From Casimicrobium sp. (GTDB lineage: Bacteria; Pseudomonadota; Gammaproteobacteria; Burkholderiales; Casimicrobiaceae): 64,000 nt of DNA. The stretch lies in the NCBI GenBank assembly GCA_040079845.1, contig JBEBJR010000001.1, forward strand, positions 128,386 through 192,385, read 5' to 3'. The translations under genes and the position numbers were made by a program. Below, in pieces: positions 1 to 8,780 of this stretch. The notes under the pieces were generated by a model. It did no database searches and was not told the origin of the DNA. It was given only the letters and a program-made list of their open reading frames with translations. Position 1 is the stretch's first letter, and each line of letters begins with the position of its first letter.

Positions 1-628
1 TTGCACCTCAGGAGTGCTGCAGCGCGTTTGGGACTTTCGTTCGCAAAGATTGCCGGAGCAGGCCGCGATTGATGCGCTAGTGCCGCTGATTGGCTGGAAA
101 TTCGTTCAATGGGATGGCGAGCGCATTGCGTTGTCGCGCCAAGGCATGGAACTAGATTTCGGCGGCTTCGGCAAGGAGTACGCCGTGGATCGTGCAGCGG
201 CCGCGCTGGCATCAGCGGGTGTTGAGCACGCGTTGGTGAATCTTGGTGGAGACGTGCGCGTACTCGGATCGCGCGCTGACGGCGAGCCATGGGAGATCGG
301 TATTCGCGACCCACGTCCACCTGAGAACGCTCCAGATCAATGCTTCGCAACGATACCGGTGCAGCACGGCGCGGTTGCCACAAGCGGCGATTACGAGCGT
401 TTTATTGAGATAGATGGCAAACGCTACTGCCACGTGCTCAACCCGCGTACCGGCTGGCCGGTGTCGGCGTGGCGCTCCGTGAGCGTCGTTGGCGGTTTGT
501 GTGTTCAGGCCGGCGCATTGTCGACGATTGCGATGCTCAAAGGCGAGGGGGCGCAAGCGTTTCTAGACGCGGAAGGTGTGAGCTACTTGCTGTGTGACGC
601 GCATGGCGAGGTATTCCGCAGCGGGTAG
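1..628 (+). CDS. apbE: ApbE-family FAD:protein FMN transferase, 5'-truncated by the window edge
   Basis: The frame is open from nt 2 with no credible start. Motifs GGFGKEYAVD and ATSGDYERF are typical of ApbE. Confidence 0.8.
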   Translation, partial: CTSGVLQRVWDFRSQRLPEQAAIDALVPLIGWKFVQWDGERIALSRQGMELDFGGFGKEYAVDRAAAALASAGVEHALVNLGGDVRVLGSRADGEPWEIGIRDPRPPENAPDQCFATIPVQHGAVATSGDYERFIEIDGKRYCHVLNPRTGWPVSAWRSVSVVGGLCVQAGALSTIAMLKGEGAQAFLDAEGVSYLLCDAHGEVFRSG

Positions 629-651
629 GGCGGAACGCTTGCGGTTCCGCC
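629..651. terminator. GC-rich hairpin between convergent genes (possible bidirectional terminator)
   Basis: ggcggaac-N7-gttccgcc gives an 8-bp stem. No clear U-tract on either strand. Confidence 0.3.
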
Positions 652-719
652 GGATGCGGTTGCATGTCAGACCCCACGATTCAACAGCCTCACGCCGCTA
701 AACGAAGCGGCGCGGCAAA

Positions 720-1655
720 TTAATCCGCGCCGATCAACACCTTAACGTGTTCGCCAACGCTACGAGCGAGCGCGTCAAGGTGATAACCACCTTCGAGCAG
801 CGACACAATTCGCCCTTGAGCATGCTTATCGGCGACCGCCGCGAGTTGTTGTGTGACCCAACGGTAGTCAGAGTCCACCCAACCGAGCGACGCTAGATCG
901 TCTTCACGATGCGCGTCGAATCCGGCCGAAATGACGATGAGCTGCGGCGAAAACGCTTCCAGCGCCGGTAGCCATTGCTCAGTGACGGCCGCGCGCATGG
1001 CGTCGCCCTTCGAGTAGGCTTTCAGCGGCACGTTCACCATGTTGTCCGCCATCGGGTTGTCGCCGGTGCCGGGGTAGAGATGATGCTGAAACGTGGACAC
1101 CATCAACACGCGACCGTTGTTGCATTCCTCAACCAGAATATCTTCCGAGCCATTGCCATGATGCACATCGAAATCAACCAGCGCGACGCGCTCCAATCCG
1201 TGCGCGTCAATCGCATGCAGCACCGCAATTGCCGCGTTGTTCAAAAAGCAAAATCCCATCGCACGCTCACGCTCGGCGTGATGTCCCGGCGGACGAATAT
1301 TGCAAAACGCGCGCGGGCTTTTGCCGCCGCAAACCAAATCAACCGCATGGACCGCCGCGCCCGCGGAATGCCTCACCGCTTGCAAGGTGAACGGATTCAT
1401 CGTCGTGTCACCGTCGATGCCCGCGTAGCCTTGCTCCGGCGCGATACGCTCCAAGCTCTGCAACAAATACTCGCTGTGCGCCCGCAAAATCACCTCGTCG
1501 GTAGCGGGCGCCGCTGTCTCCTCGCGCATAAAGTCCAGTAGGCCATGCGCCCGAAGATGGTCGTCAATGACGCGCACCCGATCCGGACATTCCGGGTGGT
1601 GCGACCCCATCTCGTGTTTTGTGGAAAACGGGTGCGTTAAATAAGCGACGATCAT
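720..1655 (-). CDS. Zn-dependent histone deacetylase-family amidohydrolase (AcuC/Aph-like)
   Basis: 311 aa with PPGHHA, DFDVHHGNG and EGGY motifs. Confidence 0.85.
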   Translation of the reverse strand: MIVAYLTHPFSTKHEMGSHHPECPDRVRVIDDHLRAHGLLDFMREETAAPATDEVILRAHSEYLLQSLERIAPEQGYAGIDGDTTMNPFTLQAVRHSAGAAVHAVDLVCGGKSPRAFCNIRPPGHHAERERAMGFCFLNNAAIAVLHAIDAHGLERVALVDFDVHHGNGSEDILVEECNNGRVLMVSTFQHHLYPGTGDNPMADNMVNVPLKAYSKGDAMRAAVTEQWLPALEAFSPQLIVISAGFDAHREDDLASLGWVDSDYRWVTQQLAAVADKHAQGRIVSLLEGGYHLDALARSVGEHVKVLIGAD

Positions 1656-1906
1656 CGAACTAATTCCTCCTCATTTAATTATCGCGCTTTGCGGACGGGT
1701 GGAGTTGGCCTGAGACAAGAACCTTAAAGTTTTGGCCGATTGCGGCGAAACCATTGGCAACGCACGCGGTGCGATCACGCTCAAATACGACGCCGACAAC
1801 GGTCGTGTGACGGAGACTGCAGATTGGCCTATTCGTTGTCGTGACAACCAAGCCGGCACAGCTTCGCAATGGACTCCGGCAGAAGTCTCGATTGCCAAAC
1901 GCATTC

Positions 1907-1937
1907 GGCGGGACCGCGAGCGTCCCGCCCTACGCGC
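1907..1937 (+). repeat. REP-type hairpin with (G)TAG tail: ggcgggac-N7-gtcccgcc-ctacgcgc
   Basis: Same tail (cccgccctacgcgc) as the unit at 8667-8690, with an 8-bp stem. Confidence 0.55.
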
Positions 1938-2098
1938 TGCCGCGTGCCTGGCCGTTAAGAATGGCTTAACGCATGAAGGGCATCCTTGCCCAAAGGGAGC
2001 AGCGACGCAATCTTGTGGGGTACCGCCGTTTCCGATAATGTTCAGACCGATATTGGTGCATGTCCTTGTGGCCGGGTGATACAGGAGGAGGGTGACAC

Positions 2099-2902
2099 GT
2101 GAGAGTTAGCGCAGTTTTGGTTGTCGTTGTGGCCTCGTTTGCCGCGAAGTGTTTGTATGCGGCCGACCCAGTCGCGCCGCCAGGTAGGGTGGCCTCTGCT
2201 GCCGCTGGGGCGACGGCGGCACCGACAAAATTTGGCGATTTGACCGCCGATTTGGTCTACACACCTGTCGCGCCTTGTCGCATCGCAGATACGCGCGCGA
2301 CAGCGGCCGGAGCAATTTCCGCAAATTCATTCCGCTCATTCGTTTCGACGAACTCCACAAGTTACACGAGCCAAGGCGGCTCAAACACAAATTGCGGAAC
2401 ACTTTTCCTGTCGCCGACAGTCGTGATGATCGTCGCGACGGCTGTGACGCCAACAGCCGCGGGCTCCGCGACCGTCTATTCGTTCGGAACGGCCCAACCC
2501 ACCGCGACAAGTTTGCAATTTGCCGCGGGAGCCATCGCCGTAAACACATTGGCCGTACAAATACCGAATCCGCTGTCGTCGTATGACTTTACGGTGTATG
2601 CCACTGCGCAGGCGCACTTCGTGTTCGACATTGTTGGCTACTTTGCGCCACCGATCGCGACCGCATTGCAGTGCGTTCCCACCGCTAATTCGGAATTAAG
2701 CGTTGCCTCTGGGGGGCTCGGTAACGTCACCGCTCCTGCGTGTCCGGCAGGCTACACGGAGACTGGCACCAACTGCGAGGCGACCAGTTGGTTCATGCCA
2801 ATCGTGTCTTCCAAAACTGGTAACTGTTCCGCAAGAAATGGTGACACAGTCTCAGCTACCCTGCGAGCCTCCAGAACCTGTTGCCGTGTGCCAGGTCGGT
2901 AG
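2099..2902 (+). CDS. Secreted hypothetical protein with a Cys-rich C-terminus
   Basis: N-terminal signal peptide. Motifs P-C-R-I-A-D-T-R and D-I-V-G-Y-F bracket a probable beta-sandwich domain. 6 Cys in the last ~78 aa. Confidence 0.6.
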   Translation: MRVSAVLVVVVASFAAKCLYAADPVAPPGRVASAAAGATAAPTKFGDLTADLVYTPVAPCRIADTRATAAGAISANSFRSFVSTNSTSYTSQGGSNTNCGTLFLSPTVVMIVATAVTPTAAGSATVYSFGTAQPTATSLQFAAGAIAVNTLAVQIPNPLSSYDFTVYATAQAHFVFDIVGYFAPPIATALQCVPTANSELSVASGGLGNVTAPACPAGYTETGTNCEATSWFMPIVSSKTGNCSARNGDTVSATLRASRTCCRVPGR

Positions 2903-2905
2903 GGC

Positions 2906-4306
2906 GTGGTCGGCGTTGTGACACCCTGCCAGATAACGTCGCTTACGCGTCGATGGCTATCTCGACTCATCGCCGTCATGGCGTACTTTCCACTTGCGAT
3001 TGGAGTCCACGCGGCTGCAATCGCGTACATCCCGAACCAAACCCGGTCGTCGGTCTCAGTCGTTGACGTCAGCACTGGAATGATCGTCGCTATCGTCCCC
3101 GTCGGCGCCGCGCCAATCGGCGTCGCGGTTGCGCCGGGCGGCGGGCTTGTTTACGTCGCGGAACACAACTCGAACTCCGTCGCCGTCATATCTACGAACA
3201 CCAACACGGTGTTAGCGCAGATTTCCGCCGGAACGAAGCCCATGGGGGTCGCCGTCTCGCCCGACGGCTCGCGTTTGTACGTCACCAACTTCCTGACCGC
3301 GACCGCCTCTGGTGGCGGCTCGGTCTGGGTCGACGGGACGCTTACCGTCGTGGACGCGTTTGCACGCACCGTGCTCACGACTGTCGCGGTCGGACCGAAC
3401 CCCTACGGTGTTGCCGTGTCGCCCGACGGTAGCCGGGTGTTCGTCGCGAACTCTGGAGCGGGAACTGTGAGCGTCGTCGACGCTGCGTCCAACACAGTGA
3501 CCTCGACCATTGCCGTTGGTGCAAATCCTGTCGGCGTGGCCGCGTCGCCGGACGGTCAGCGTGTTTACGTTGCTAACAGTGGCACCGGTTCCGTTTCGGT
3601 GATCGAAGTCGCGACGCTCACCGTCAGCTCGACGACTCCTGTCGGCGGCCACGCAATGGGCGTCGCCGTCACTGACGATTCGACGCGCGTGGTCGTGAGT
3701 AACTCGTTCGACGAAACCGTTTCGGTGATTAACGCAGCGACGCTCGCGGTCTTGGGCACGGCCAACGGCGGGGTCGGGCAGGGGCCCGCGGGTATCGCGT
3801 TAGTTCCCGGTGGCACCACGGCACTGGTCGCCAATTCACGCGCTGGCTCGGTGAGTTCGGTCAACGCATCCAACTCGGCGGCCAGCGTGCTTCCGGGCTC
3901 GTTCGGCTGGCCTGTGAGCCTCGGCAACTTCATCGCCAGTAAGCCAGCGTGCGCGCTCGACGTGAGCGGCGACACAACGATCTCCGCGGCGTCGGACGGC
4001 ATGTTGATCCTCCGCTACATGCTGGGTTTCCACGGCACAGCGCTCACGGCCGGCATCAGCGGAATCGCCGGCGGCCGCTCGCCAGCGCAGATCGAGCAAA
4101 ACATCGCTGCCCTGAATCTTGACGCCGACGGCGACGGTGCGGCGCATTCGACGACCGACGGTTTGCTGCTCGTTCGCGCGTTGCTGCATCTCACTGACAA
4201 CGCGCTCATCGCCAACGCACGGAACACGGGCTTTGTCGGCGTCCGCGACGCTGCGCAGGTGTTGCAGTGGATTTCCACTGCGCATGGGACGAGTTGCTTG
4301 CTGTAG
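2906..4306 (+). CDS. Secreted YVTN-type beta-propeller repeat protein with a C-terminal dockerin/EF-hand-like pair
   Basis: About 7 units of the form P-x-G-V-A-V-S-P-D-G-S-R-(L/V)-Y-V-(T/A)-N. The C-terminus has LDVSGDTTISAASDGMLILRYMLG and LDADGDGAAHSTTDGLLLVRALLH. The start (GTG 2906) is uncertain. Confidence 0.75.
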   Translation: MVGVVTPCQITSLTRRWLSRLIAVMAYFPLAIGVHAAAIAYIPNQTRSSVSVVDVSTGMIVAIVPVGAAPIGVAVAPGGGLVYVAEHNSNSVAVISTNTNTVLAQISAGTKPMGVAVSPDGSRLYVTNFLTATASGGGSVWVDGTLTVVDAFARTVLTTVAVGPNPYGVAVSPDGSRVFVANSGAGTVSVVDAASNTVTSTIAVGANPVGVAASPDGQRVYVANSGTGSVSVIEVATLTVSSTTPVGGHAMGVAVTDDSTRVVVSNSFDETVSVINAATLAVLGTANGGVGQGPAGIALVPGGTTALVANSRAGSVSSVNASNSAASVLPGSFGWPVSLGNFIASKPACALDVSGDTTISAASDGMLILRYMLGFHGTALTAGISGIAGGRSPAQIEQNIAALNLDADGDGAAHSTTDGLLLVRALLHLTDNALIANARNTGFVGVRDAAQVLQWISTAHGTSCLL

Positions 4307-4341
4307 GTGACCCAGGTGTGCGTGGTCGGTTGCGTGCCTAA

Positions 4342-4461
4342 CAGCTTTTAGGCGCGAACGACTGCTGTGCGGTCGTTTCGTCGCGTTTTGTCATCTTGTT
4401 GACTTCTGTCAGAACGAGTCTCTAACGACCGCAAACCAGTCGTTAGCGCTGTAAAGCTGTT
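4342..4461. repeat. ~119-nt palindromic intergenic element (MITE/ERIC-like), copy A
   Basis: Left end cAGCTTTTAGGCGCGAACGAC-N9-GTCGTT, right end CTAACGAC-N9-GTCGTTAGCGCTGTAAAGCTG. Lies between convergent genes. Confidence 0.8.
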
Positions 4462-4585
4462 ACGGGTGGGTTTGGGACAAGGTTTTTAAGAGCCTTGATG
4501 GTTCGATCCTTCGTCAAGCGCAAGACTCACCACAACGGCGAGCAGATGGCTCGCGTTTTGTGATGCGAGGGGGCGTCTGAGTTGG

Positions 4586-6493
4586 CTACTTGCGCACTCG
4601 CAGTATCCCCGCAAAGTACGCCGCCAGTTCGTCGCGTGCAGTCAGCGGCAGGATGTGCCCCACGTATTGATCTGGCCGAACGATAACGATGCATCCCGCC
4701 GCACGGTCGATGCCGCGCATCTCGAAAATGTCTTCGCCTCGCTTGTGGTCGGCGCAGAAAACTTTCTCGTAGTCGCACAGCCCGTAGCGCCCTATGGATG
4801 GGCGAAGGAGCGTGGGCATGGCCGTGAAGTCGAGCGCGTGCGACGCCTGTTGGAAAACCGCGCGGGTGTCGATCACGGCGTCGATGTCTTCGCCTGACGC
4901 GGTGTGGCGGCGCAGTGGGGAGGCTGCGTCCCGTTCGAGCCAATCGCATAGCGTTGCGACTGCGCCACCTGCGTGACCGGCATCGCTGGCGGGGGCGAAG
5001 ATGAAGAGGCGGAACCGAGCGTCGGCGTCGATGCAATGGCCGAGTTGCATGGGTTTGGCGTCGGCTAGGCGAACGACGGGGGCGGAATGCAGGCGTTTGC
5101 CAATATCGAAGCCGGTGGCGAGGTGTTGCCAATCCGACGCGCCGGTTAGTGCGCTGGGTTCGTACTGAATCGTAAGTCCACAGGTGAACGGGAGGTTGTT
5201 GACGAACTCGCGCGCGACGCGCGGCAAGCCGTCGGTGGCGTCGTCTTCGGCCCGAGCGCCGACGACGCGCGCCCATTTGTGGTCAAACTCCACGAGGCCT
5301 TTGGCTGCGGCGCGCCGCTCCCCGGAATAGCTGTGCAACAGGGCAGGGTCTGCACGTCCAGTGAGCACCGAGACTAGTTTCCAGCCGAGGTTAAAGGTGT
5401 CGCCCATCGAAACGTTCATGCCTTGGCCCGCCTTCGGGCTGTGCGTGTGGCAGGCGTCACCCGCGAGCATCACGCGCGGCGCACGAGTGGCGAGCTGATC
5501 GCTCGGCACATCGTCGAACTTGTCGGTCAGGCGATGGCCTATTTCATAGATGGACCACCAGACGACCTCTTTAACGTCGAGTTTAAACGGACTGAAAATG
5601 CGTTGCGCTTTGGCGATGATGTCCTCGGCACGCATCCCACGCTCTCCGACGCGCTCGTGTTCGCCAAGGTTGTCCATCTCCACATACAGGCGAACCAAGT
5701 GCCCACCCTCGCGCGGAAGCACCATCAAAATGCCGTCGGTCTGCGAGCGAACGAAGGACTTCATGCGCCAATCGGGAAAGTCTGTGACCGCGAGCAGGTC
5801 GATCACGCCCCAGGCCTGATGCGCCGCATCGCCATGCAGCGCGCCGCCGATGGCGCTACGCACATTCGAGCGCGCGCCATCACAGCCGATGACGTAGTTT
5901 GCCCGTACCGTCGAGCGCTGTCCTTCGCGGCCGGGTGCGGTGTGTTCGAGCGTGACCGTCACTGGATATTCAGTCGCGGTGCTGTCGATTTTTAAGTCGA
6001 GCACTTTCAGACCATAGTCCGGCTCCAACCGGGTCGGCGAGTTACGCATGATGTCGAGAAACATGTCGTGTACGCGCGCTTGATTGATGAGCACATGCGG
6101 CATTTCGGAGGTGCCATCGGGCACGTCTTGCACGCGCGCGACGCGACTAAGCGCAGCGTCGGTGCCGGGCGCCCAAAACGTTGTTTCGTTAATCCACACT
6201 GATTCGCGCATGAACTTTTCGGCAAAGCCGAACGCCTGAAACATCTCCATCGATCGCACACTGATGCCATCGGCTTGACCCTTTTCCATCGGTCCGAGCT
6301 TGGGTTCGACGACCAGCGTTCGGATGCTCGGTACGCGCGCCAGCTGCGCCGCGAGACACAGGCCAGCGGGCCCGGTGCCGGCGATCAGTACATCTACCGT
6401 TTCGGGAAGCGGGTCGCATGCGCGGCGATGCCCCGGAGCGGCCGGTTGAACATCAGGGTCGCCAGGATTAAATCCGTTGATGTGGTATTGCAT
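4586..6493 (-). CDS. FAD-dependent aromatic monooxygenase (phenol 2-monooxygenase / 3-hydroxybenzoate 4-monooxygenase type)
   Basis: Motifs DVLIAGTGPAGL (GxGxxG) and LAGDACHTHSPKAGQGMN, plus a long C-terminal thioredoxin-like region. Start moved to ATG 6491-6493 (AGGAGA 4 nt upstream), because the ORF-track extension to 6610 runs through a REP hairpin. Confidence 0.8.
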   Translation of the reverse strand: MQYHINGFNPGDPDVQPAAPGHRRACDPLPETVDVLIAGTGPAGLCLAAQLARVPSIRTLVVEPKLGPMEKGQADGISVRSMEMFQAFGFAEKFMRESVWINETTFWAPGTDAALSRVARVQDVPDGTSEMPHVLINQARVHDMFLDIMRNSPTRLEPDYGLKVLDLKIDSTATEYPVTVTLEHTAPGREGQRSTVRANYVIGCDGARSNVRSAIGGALHGDAAHQAWGVIDLLAVTDFPDWRMKSFVRSQTDGILMVLPREGGHLVRLYVEMDNLGEHERVGERGMRAEDIIAKAQRIFSPFKLDVKEVVWWSIYEIGHRLTDKFDDVPSDQLATRAPRVMLAGDACHTHSPKAGQGMNVSMGDTFNLGWKLVSVLTGRADPALLHSYSGERRAAAKGLVEFDHKWARVVGARAEDDATDGLPRVAREFVNNLPFTCGLTIQYEPSALTGASDWQHLATGFDIGKRLHSAPVVRLADAKPMQLGHCIDADARFRLFIFAPASDAGHAGGAVATLCDWLERDAASPLRRHTASGEDIDAVIDTRAVFQQASHALDFTAMPTLLRPSIGRYGLCDYEKVFCADHKRGEDIFEMRGIDRAAGCIVIVRPDQYVGHILPLTARDELAAYFAGILRVRK

Positions 6494-6577
6494 GCGCTCT
6501 CCTTCGCGCGGCTTGGAGGCCGCAAATTGACTGCGAAGAATGATATTGCATGAGGCTTTGCCGAGCCCACGCGTGTT

Positions 6578-6600
6578 GGTAGGCGACGACTTGGCGTCGC
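6578..6600 (+). repeat. REP hairpin ggTAGGcgacgac-ttgg-cgtcgc (family 3)
   Basis: 23 nt identical to 52938-52960. GTAG head followed by a 6-bp stem. Confidence 0.7.
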
Positions 6601-6669
6601 GTGTTGCCAACGGGCAGCGCGGCCAGGTCCGCCCCTACGGAACCCAAGGCCACTATGAGCGCACAATGG

Positions 6670-6699
6670 AAAACGGCTCCCGAAGGAGCCGTTTTTTTT
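6670..6699. terminator. Rho-independent terminator downstream of efp (bidirectional shape)
   Basis: acggctcc-cgaa-ggagccgt stem. T8 follows on the + strand and TTTTCC follows on the - strand. Confidence 0.75.
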
Positions 6700-6737
6700 C
6701 ACAAAGCGAAATCTCGCGAAGGCGCTTTGCGTGACGG

Positions 6738-7295
6738 TTACACGCGCTTCTTGAATTCGTCGGTGCGGGTGTCGATTTCGATGACGTCGCCGGTGTTTAC
6801 GAATGCAGGAACGGGGATCTCGAAACCGGTGCCTTTGAGGCGCGCTGGCTTCATCACCTTGCCGGAAGTGTCGCCACGAACGGCGGGCTCGGTGTATTCC
6901 ACTTCGCGCACGAGCGTGGTTGGGATTTCGAGACCAATGGCGCGGCCTTCGTAGAAGGTGACTTCGCAAGGCATTGCGTCTTCGAGGTACTTGAGCGCGT
7001 CGCCCATGCTGTCTTTTTCGATGTCGTACTGGTTGTACTCAGCGTCCATGAAGGCGTACATCGGGTCGTTGAAGTAGCTGTACGTCACTTCTTTCTTTTC
7101 GAGCATGACGACGTCGAATTTTTCGTCGGCTTTGAAGACGCTTTCGGTGCCGCCGTTGGACAGCAGGTTTTTCAGTTTGGCTTTGACCACGGCTGCGTTA
7201 CGGCCAGACTTCGACAGTTCAGCTTTTTGCACGACCATCGGTACGTCGTTAATCATGATGACGTTACCGGCGCGGAGTTCAGATGCGAGTTTCAT
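6738..7295 (-). CDS. efp: Elongation factor P, Arg32 (EarP-modified) type
   Basis: 185 aa beginning [11 protein letters not shown]. The loop SKSG-R32-NAA has Arg at the modified position. Start moved to ATG 7293-7295. Confidence 0.92.
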   Translation of the reverse strand: MKLASELRAGNVIMINDVPMVVQKAELSKSGRNAAVVKAKLKNLLSNGGTESVFKADEKFDVVMLEKKEVTYSYFNDPMYAFMDAEYNQYDIEKDSMGDALKYLEDAMPCEVTFYEGRAIGLEIPTTLVREVEYTEPAVRGDTSGKVMKPARLKGTGFEIPVPAFVNTGDVIEIDTRTDEFKKRV

Positions 7296-7453
7296 AGTTT
7301 GATGTGTGAGGTTGGCGCGCCTGACATGCGTGAAATGAGTGCGGCTGTGCTGTATTGACTCTGCGAAAAATTTTGCTTTTCGCGATTTCGCCGCCAATCA
7401 AAGCGGTTCAGAACGGGCCGGGCGCTGGGGTTTTCGTAGCAAAGCCTTTGATT

Positions 7454-8500
7454 TTAGCCAACTTTTTGCTTTTCTTTCAATGAAATGAAGGTGAGCAGGC
7501 GTGTGACGAGGTCGGGCTGTGCGCAAAGGTGCTCGCGCCAGCGTTTCGCGTGGGAAGCGATCACGGGCAAGTTTGCGGCGAAAGCGGCGTACGTATCGGG
7601 GCCGGACACGCCGCGGTTGAAGGCATGGTGCGCGCTACGAATGGCCGTCGCGACGCTTGCATCAAGGCTTGCGCAGTAATGATCCAGCCAGGCGTCGAGC
7701 TTCACCAGGTGAGCGTTGTCCGCTGTGGGGTAAATGTGCCAGAGCATCGGCGTTCCCGCGTATTGCGCGCGAACGAACGAATCTTCACCACGGACGATGA
7801 GTACGTCAAACCCGGCGAGCAGCGCGTCGAATTCGGGCTGAGGGACCGTCTCTGATTTGAGCCATGTTTTGTCGGTGTCGGTGAGCGGCGAGGCGTACGT
7901 CACTTGGGCGTCGAGTGCCGTCGCGACAGCTCGGACGGGGGCGTGCGGGTAGGTGAAGGCGAAGAGCGTTGTGGGTTCTCGCTTCGATCCATCGTCATGC
8001 TCAGGACTCAACACGAGCGGGAGCGACGATTGATCGACGCTTCGCTCGCGAATCAATCCGCCGCTTGCCGCGCTGAATCCGGGGCAGAAGAAATATTTGG
8101 TCAACGGCAGGCGTGGATGCGGCGACGGTAGGCCGTGCACACCGTCTACCCACGATTCGGCGCTCAGATATTCCAAGTTGATCCACGTTGGTTTACGCGG
8201 CATCGCAGCCATGGCGTTGACGTAAGTCTGTGGAGGATCGCAGGCGAAGGCTTCTATGACGATGCTCGCGGGTTGCAGCGTCGTCGATGCACCCCATTGA
8301 ACGATGGTGATGCGTGCAAGCGATTGCGTTTCGAGATCGACATTCACCTCCGGCGCGATGAATCGAAACGCACCTAGATCGTCGACGATTAGGCGAGCTG
8401 ACATCGCGTATTCGTCCGCGAATTGGCGCGCCAAACGCCAGCAGACGCCGATGTCGCCGTAGTTGTCGACCACGCGACAGAAAATGTCTACGCTCTTCAT
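7454..8500 (-). CDS. earP: EF-P arginine-32 rhamnosyltransferase EarP
   Basis: 348 aa. The N-terminus DIFCRVVDNYGDIGVCWRLARQ is the EarP (DUF2331) signature. Adjacent to an R32-type efp. Confidence 0.88.
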   Translation of the reverse strand: MKSVDIFCRVVDNYGDIGVCWRLARQFADEYAMSARLIVDDLGAFRFIAPEVNVDLETQSLARITIVQWGASTTLQPASIVIEAFACDPPQTYVNAMAAMPRKPTWINLEYLSAESWVDGVHGLPSPHPRLPLTKYFFCPGFSAASGGLIRERSVDQSSLPLVLSPEHDDGSKREPTTLFAFTYPHAPVRAVATALDAQVTYASPLTDTDKTWLKSETVPQPEFDALLAGFDVLIVRGEDSFVRAQYAGTPMLWHIYPTADNAHLVKLDAWLDHYCASLDASVATAIRSAHHAFNRGVSGPDTYAAFAANLPVIASHAKRWREHLCAQPDLVTRLLTFISLKEKQKVG

Positions 8501-8501
8501 T

Positions 8502-8619
8502 GGCTGTTGGCGGGTAACGACTGCCAGGCGGTCGTTTCAGGCGTAAAAATACGTTTATCGATAAGTGCAAAAAACGGCCTGAAAACGCCACTGGATAGTC
8601 GCCGGAGCACAAAAGCTGT
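8502..8619. repeat. ~119-nt palindromic intergenic element, copy C (right arm degenerate)
   Basis: GGCTGTTGGCGGGTAACGAC-N9-GTCGTT ... central TATCGATAAG ... GGAGCACAAAAGCTG. Begins 2 nt from the earP start codon. Confidence 0.7.
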
Positions 8620-8633
8620 ATCAACAATTATTC

Positions 8634-8687
8634 GTAGGGCGGGCACTGCCCGCCTTGTAAACGCCTGGCGGGCAGTGCCCGCCCTAC
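8634..8687. repeat. Inverted pair of GTAG-headed REP units (BIME-like); likely tal terminator
   Basis: gtagggcgggcactgcccgcc-N12-ggcgggcagtgcccgccctac. The two 21-nt arms are perfectly complementary. Confidence 0.8.
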
Positions 8688-8780
8688 GCGCAGCTCGAAG
8701 AAATTGCTGGCAACAGTGTTGCGCTACTCGACGCGTGGGCAACGAGTTGCCCAACCTACAAAGCCCGTTCACCGGCAGCA

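Noticed and set aside
4527-5276. A 249-aa extremely Arg-rich ORF on the minus strand overlapping the monooxygenase gene.
   Set aside because: It is an out-of-frame shadow ORF inside a well-supported FAD monooxygenase CDS. The composition artefact (R/P/A-rich) is typical of high-GC DNA.
6494-6610. N-terminal extension of the monooxygenase ORF (ORF-track start at 6610).
   Set aside because: The extension runs through a REP hairpin identical to one at 52938-52960. The internal ATG 6493 has an AGGAGA ribosome-binding site and is followed closely by the FAD-binding motif.
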